From Dehalococcoidia bacterium (lineage in GTDB: Bacteria; Chloroflexota; Dehalococcoidia; GIF9; UBA5629): 64,000 nucleotides of DNA. A model generated the notes under the pieces. It was not told the DNA's origin, did no database searches, and saw only the letters and a list, made by a program, of their open reading frames with translations. Location: assembly GCA_041653995.1 (NCBI GenBank), contig JBAZEK010000001.1:1030613-1094612 (forward strand), read 5' to 3'. Made by a program: the position numbers and the translations under genes. Of this stretch, positions 60,283 to 64,000 are shown piece after piece; position 1 is the stretch's first letter; each line of letters begins with the position of its first letter.

Positions 60283-60379
60283 AATATCCTCCTCGCCTTG
60301 AAGCTGTCTCCTTACTTCCGATAATAGTTATTCCGTTTAAAGCTGTCAAATTAAAAGGCATACATACTTAAAAGGTCGA

Positions 60380-61465
60380 TCAAGGGGTGCATGTGATGGT
60401 AAAACTCGCCTGGTTCGACATCATCGGCAACGGGGTAAGGATGCTCACCCTTTCCCAGTACGTGACATTGGAGGCCACATAGATCATCCAGCTCGTTGAT
60501 ACGGTCTTGGTGCCGGCCGCGCTGAAGACGAGGGTCTCCACCGGGCCTGTCGCGCCGTCGATACGCTCCCATCTATATGTTACCGTGCAGGGCCCGTCGA
60601 CAGTGATATCAGCGGACGTGGTAACAGTTTTCGGGCACGGGCCGGTATAGTTGGACGGATTTGCCGTAGCTACAGCGCTTGTCACCTTGGGAGGACCCGA
60701 CCAGCCGCCTCCACCGGGCGGAGTTGCGGGAGGCGGTGTTATCGGTACCGGCGTCCCTACCACAAATGTTCCGACCTGGACTGTTTTTGTAGCTGTCCCA
60801 CCACAGCCGGTGGCTGTCAGTACATAGGTTGTAGAAGTTGTCGGATAAACCACGCGTGAGCCCGGTGACCCCACTTCACCGAAGCCGCCGGGTGAAAGAA
60901 CAACAGAATTCACCAGTTCCCCCGACGTTCCGTTGGTTACCGGACCCCATTCCAGTGTAACCGCCTTGCCGGATTCAACAAAACCGGGATTCGCCTCAAA
61001 ATGGGAAAAAATAGGTGCTCCGGGACATCCGGCGGGCGAGGGTTGCTGCGGTTGGCCCGGTTGCGATGGCTGTTGCGGCTGGCCCGGTTGCGACGGTTGC
61101 TGCGGCGTCCCTGTTCCTGCCACTTCAACCATAACCTCGCGTCTGAGCACAGTGCTGCCTATATCTATCATAAGAGCATAGACGGTGGATTCGGACGGGC
61201 ATACCTGCTTCTGGCCGGAGGCATTCACCGGTTGGCCTTGCAGTTCCACTCCAAAGAAACCTTCGCCCTGAATACTCCAGTTCAGATTAACGCATTCTCC
61301 CGGCTGAATAGTGTTTCTGTCCGTTGTGAAAACTATTTGCGGTTCCCCGGGGGGCTGAGCGCCCTGCGGCGTGCCCGGAGCAACTTCACTTCCTCCCCGG
61401 CATGTGCAGCTGACAGTGGCCAGCATGATCGCAATAAGCACTACAGCAAATACACTTCTACACAT
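60380..61465 (-). CDS. secreted lipoprotein with Ig-like repeat modules and PQQPSQPGQ linker
   Basis: 361 aa; signal LATVSCTC; repeats ending TVYALMI / TTYVLTA as in neighbouring family. Confidence 0.65.
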   Translation of the reverse strand: MCRSVFAVVLIAIMLATVSCTCRGGSEVAPGTPQGAQPPGEPQIVFTTDRNTIQPGECVNLNWSIQGEGFFGVELQGQPVNASGQKQVCPSESTVYALMIDIGSTVLRREVMVEVAGTGTPQQPSQPGQPQQPSQPGQPQQPSPAGCPGAPIFSHFEANPGFVESGKAVTLEWGPVTNGTSGELVNSVVLSPGGFGEVGSPGSRVVYPTTSTTYVLTATGCGGTATKTVQVGTFVVGTPVPITPPPATPPGGGGWSGPPKVTSAVATANPSNYTGPCPKTVTTSADITVDGPCTVTYRWERIDGATGPVETLVFSAAGTKTVSTSWMIYVASNVTYWERVSILTPLPMMSNQASFTITCTP

Positions 61466-61683
61466 TTCAAAACCTCCTCAGTATCATAGCAGTGTGCTGA
61501 GTCCCGACAATACAAACCCGTTAAGGACATATTAAAAGAAATCCCTGGAATCGGCAATCAAGACGATGGTCCCGGCTGATAGAACGTATGATCGGCCTGC
61601 TGACCGCCGGGATTGATTAATGCCGGAGGCAAGATCCCGTTATTGACACCGGGACACATCAGAATCTACAATACTTATCTGAA

Positions 61684-62109
61684 ATGCCGATTGCTTCTTA
61701 TACGCATACCATTGCCACTGTGCTGGGCTTTATTTGCGCGATAGTCTGCGCCGCCCTCATGCTGAACTTGAAGACGGATGAGCAGAGGCTTAAAAGGGCG
61801 CGCATCGCACGTCGCATAGCGCCTGTAACCTGGGTCGCCTTTATCGCGCTTATTATCAGCGGAATCTTTCTGGCCCTGGACAAGAATGACCTCAATGTCT
61901 ATGTATTGGGAGCGAAGCACCTGCTGGTGTTAATACTGCTGGTCGACGCCCTGCTGATTCACTTCCGCTATTTCCCGCGATTTTTCAAACAGATCGGATC
62001 ACCCGAGTTCGCTAAAACATACACGGTGATGCGCCGCATCGGCGCACTGTCCGTTTCCTGCTGGATCATCATCCTTGTGCTTTCGGTCCTGCTTGACCGT
62101 TTGACTTAG
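61684..62109 (+). CDS. hypothetical 4-TM membrane protein
   Basis: 141 aa. Confidence 0.4.
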   Translation: MPIASYTHTIATVLGFICAIVCAALMLNLKTDEQRLKRARIARRIAPVTWVAFIALIISGIFLALDKNDLNVYVLGAKHLLVLILLVDALLIHFRYFPRFFKQIGSPEFAKTYTVMRRIGALSVSCWIIILVLSVLLDRLT

Positions 62110-62151
62110 GCTCTTGTTCCCATTTCCTGCGCAAAGACTATAATATCAGCT

Positions 62152-62439
62152 ATGAAAGGCGCCTGGTACGTTTATATAGTCGAGTGCAGTGAGGGTACCC
62201 TTTACACAGGCATCACTAACAATATTGATAAGCGTATAAGGGATCACAATGCAGGGATCGGTTCCAGGTACACCAAAGGGAGGAGGCCTGTTAAATTGCT
62301 CGGGAAGTGGGATTGTGCCGACAAATCACATGCAGCTAAAATGGAGTATAAAATAAAGCGCCTTTCCAGATCAGATAAACTGAGGGCAATCATGGGAATG
62401 GTAAAATCAAAAGGAGAAGGGGAACTTGATCAACGTTAA
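62152..62439 (+). CDS. GIY-YIG nuclease-family protein (UPF0213-type)
   Basis: 95 aa; WYVYIVECSEGTLYTGITNNIDKRIRDHN. Confidence 0.8.
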   Translation: MKGAWYVYIVECSEGTLYTGITNNIDKRIRDHNAGIGSRYTKGRRPVKLLGKWDCADKSHAAKMEYKIKRLSRSDKLRAIMGMVKSKGEGELDQR

Positions 62440-63448
62440 GACTGTTCTGTGTATTATATTGGCTGGATTGGCAACCATTTTATGCGGTTGCATTCCTGCG
62501 GTGGTGGTATCCGATATCCCGGCCCGCAACTGGGTAATGAGCGTCGTGACCAACGAAAACTCAGCCTGGACCAGAGGAGCGCAGCTGTTCGCCGACCTGG
62601 TCAAACAACGCAGCGGCGGCCGGATTCAGATAACAGTTCATCCCGATGCCGGGCTGGCGGGCGGCAACCAGGTGAACGAACTGACCATGCTGCGGGACGG
62701 CAACATTAATTTCACCTATCACTCCAATTTGCTTTATTCCAATCTCGACCAATCGTTCGCGGCCATTTCCATGCCGTGGTTGTTCACGGACTATGCGCAG
62801 GTCGATGCGGCGCTGTCAGGTGCGGCCGGCAGCGAGCTGTTGAAGGAGACGGAAGCCTACGGCATAGTCGGCCTGGCCTACGGCGAGAACGGTTTTCGCC
62901 AGTTGACCAACAGCAAGCTCGCGGTACGTGGACCCGACGACATGCACGGTTTGAAGATCCGTATCCCCGATGTAGGGCTATATAACTCGATTTACACAGA
63001 ACTGGGCGCCACCCCCATAATAATGAACTTCCCCGAGGTTACCGGCGCACTCAAGCAGGGACAAATCGACGGCCAGGAGAATCCCGTGGACATTATTGTG
63101 TCCTCCCGGCTCTACGAGGTACAGAACCATATTACCGTCTGGAACTACTCCTACGACGCCCTTATCCTGGGAATGAACAAGAAGGACTGGGACGGTTTAC
63201 CCGCCGCTGCACAGAATATTATCAGGCAGGCGGCAATCGAAGCTTCACAGGAACAGGTAAAGCTGTCTCGCGATGCCGCCCGGACGAAGTTGAGCCTGTT
63301 GCGTGATAAGGGCATGGCTGTAACCGAACTGACACCGGACCAGGTTAAAGCATTTCGGACTGCGACAGAACCGGTATATGCGGAATGGTCGGGTAAGATC
63401 GAACCCCATATTCAAAAGTTATGGGAGATCAGGAGCCTGTCCCAGTAG
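62426..63448 (+). CDS. DctP-family TRAP-transporter substrate-binding protein (orphan; no DctQM adjacent)
   Basis: 340 aa; TTG start after AAGGAG; ALKQGQIDGQENPVD hallmark. Confidence 0.75.
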   Translation: MINVKTVLCIILAGLATILCGCIPAVVVSDIPARNWVMSVVTNENSAWTRGAQLFADLVKQRSGGRIQITVHPDAGLAGGNQVNELTMLRDGNINFTYHSNLLYSNLDQSFAAISMPWLFTDYAQVDAALSGAAGSELLKETEAYGIVGLAYGENGFRQLTNSKLAVRGPDDMHGLKIRIPDVGLYNSIYTELGATPIIMNFPEVTGALKQGQIDGQENPVDIIVSSRLYEVQNHITVWNYSYDALILGMNKKDWDGLPAAAQNIIRQAAIEASQEQVKLSRDAARTKLSLLRDKGMAVTELTPDQVKAFRTATEPVYAEWSGKIEPHIQKLWEIRSLSQ

Positions 63449-63612
63449 CCGCAAGCTACACGGATCGTTTCAACGCTATCATATGGCAGCCATCTGCCGG
63501 CACTATCTGATATTGACCGATATTAATCAGACTTATACAATGTAACTTAACGAACACTTACTTTTTCCACTATCAATAAACGCAGATCAGTCTTGCAATA
63601 TAGGAGGCAGCA

Positions 63613-64000
63613 GTGAAAAAAAACATAGCATCTCAGATATTGGTGGCGATTCTTACTCTGGCTTTATTGTTTGTATCTGCGCCCGTCGTCGCTGATTCCG
63701 GTCTCACCAGCGGGTTTGTAAAAATCAAGGACTGGGATGAGACACATGAAGCCTTCAGTTTTTCATCGGGACAAGTTGCCTGGGGCAGCGGCGACTTCTT
63801 TATTTCACCCAGAGGGATCCATGTTTTTGAATCTCCCGGCATCATCGATATGGGTTTGGTATATCTTGACGATGTAGGCGAGGCGCCGGCAGCGGGATAT
63901 GTGGAGATGGCTGCGCCGGTTGATGGTCATACATATGTTGTGCGCTCCAATGGAAAGTACGGTAAATTCTATCTCGAGGAGACCTATGATTGGCTGACCC
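63613..64000 (+). CDS. secreted hypothetical protein (3'-truncated by window end)
   Basis: GTG start 7 nt after GGAGG; signal peptide ILTLALLFVSAPVVA; frame open to position 64000. Confidence 0.45.
   Translation, partial: MKKNIASQILVAILTLALLFVSAPVVADSGLTSGFVKIKDWDETHEAFSFSSGQVAWGSGDFFISPRGIHVFESPGIIDMGLVYLDDVGEAPAAGYVEMAAPVDGHTYVVRSNGKYGKFYLEETYDWLT

Overview
This is a GC-rich bacterial chromosomal segment. The gene content (ECF sigma/anti-sigma/HtrA, RsgA, DegV, KatG, encoded-CCA tRNAs) and the many zinc-ribbon/Ig-repeat surface proteins suggest a Chloroflexi-like host, but that is inference. It carries ordinary housekeeping and accessory genes: enoyl-CoA hydratase, AtuA-like pair, nitroreductase, GH10 hydrolase, an ArsR–DsrE2–TusA–membrane–HdrD-like sulfur-trafficking cluster, pseudouridine synthase, SDR, MFS, GNAT, sigE–anti-sigma–HtrA operon, aquaporin, rhodanese, two MazEF-type TA pairs, RsgA, Fur–KatG, CNNM/TlyC, Xth, PanE, two HD-GYP phosphodiesterases flanking DegV, GIY-YIG and an orphan DctP.

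The most striking feature is a ~12 kb, visibly AT-rich integrative element at 31092..43219. It is inserted at the 3' end of tRNA-Val(TAC) within a Val-Leu-Arg-Val tRNA cluster and is bounded by a perfect 51-bp direct repeat (a duplicated tRNA 3' fragment). It encodes a tyrosine integrase, an excisionase-like HTH, XRE regulators, a rolling-circle Rep-like HUH protein, a Cas4-like Fe-S PD-(D/E)xK nuclease, a HEPN-motif protein and three exported proteins carrying four TlpA-like thioredoxin-fold domains. Inside it, promoter/5'-end modules are duplicated between different genes.

Outside the island there are:
- a 5x tandem ~105-aa Cys-pair repeat secreted protein
- a MITE-like palindromic element in two copies
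- a TA cassette bracketed by direct repeats
- a large paralogous family of 'MQQxYxCPxC' zinc-ribbon-anchored surface proteins with PQ-rich, Fn3 or Ig-like repeat ectodomains

No rRNA or CRISPR array was seen.
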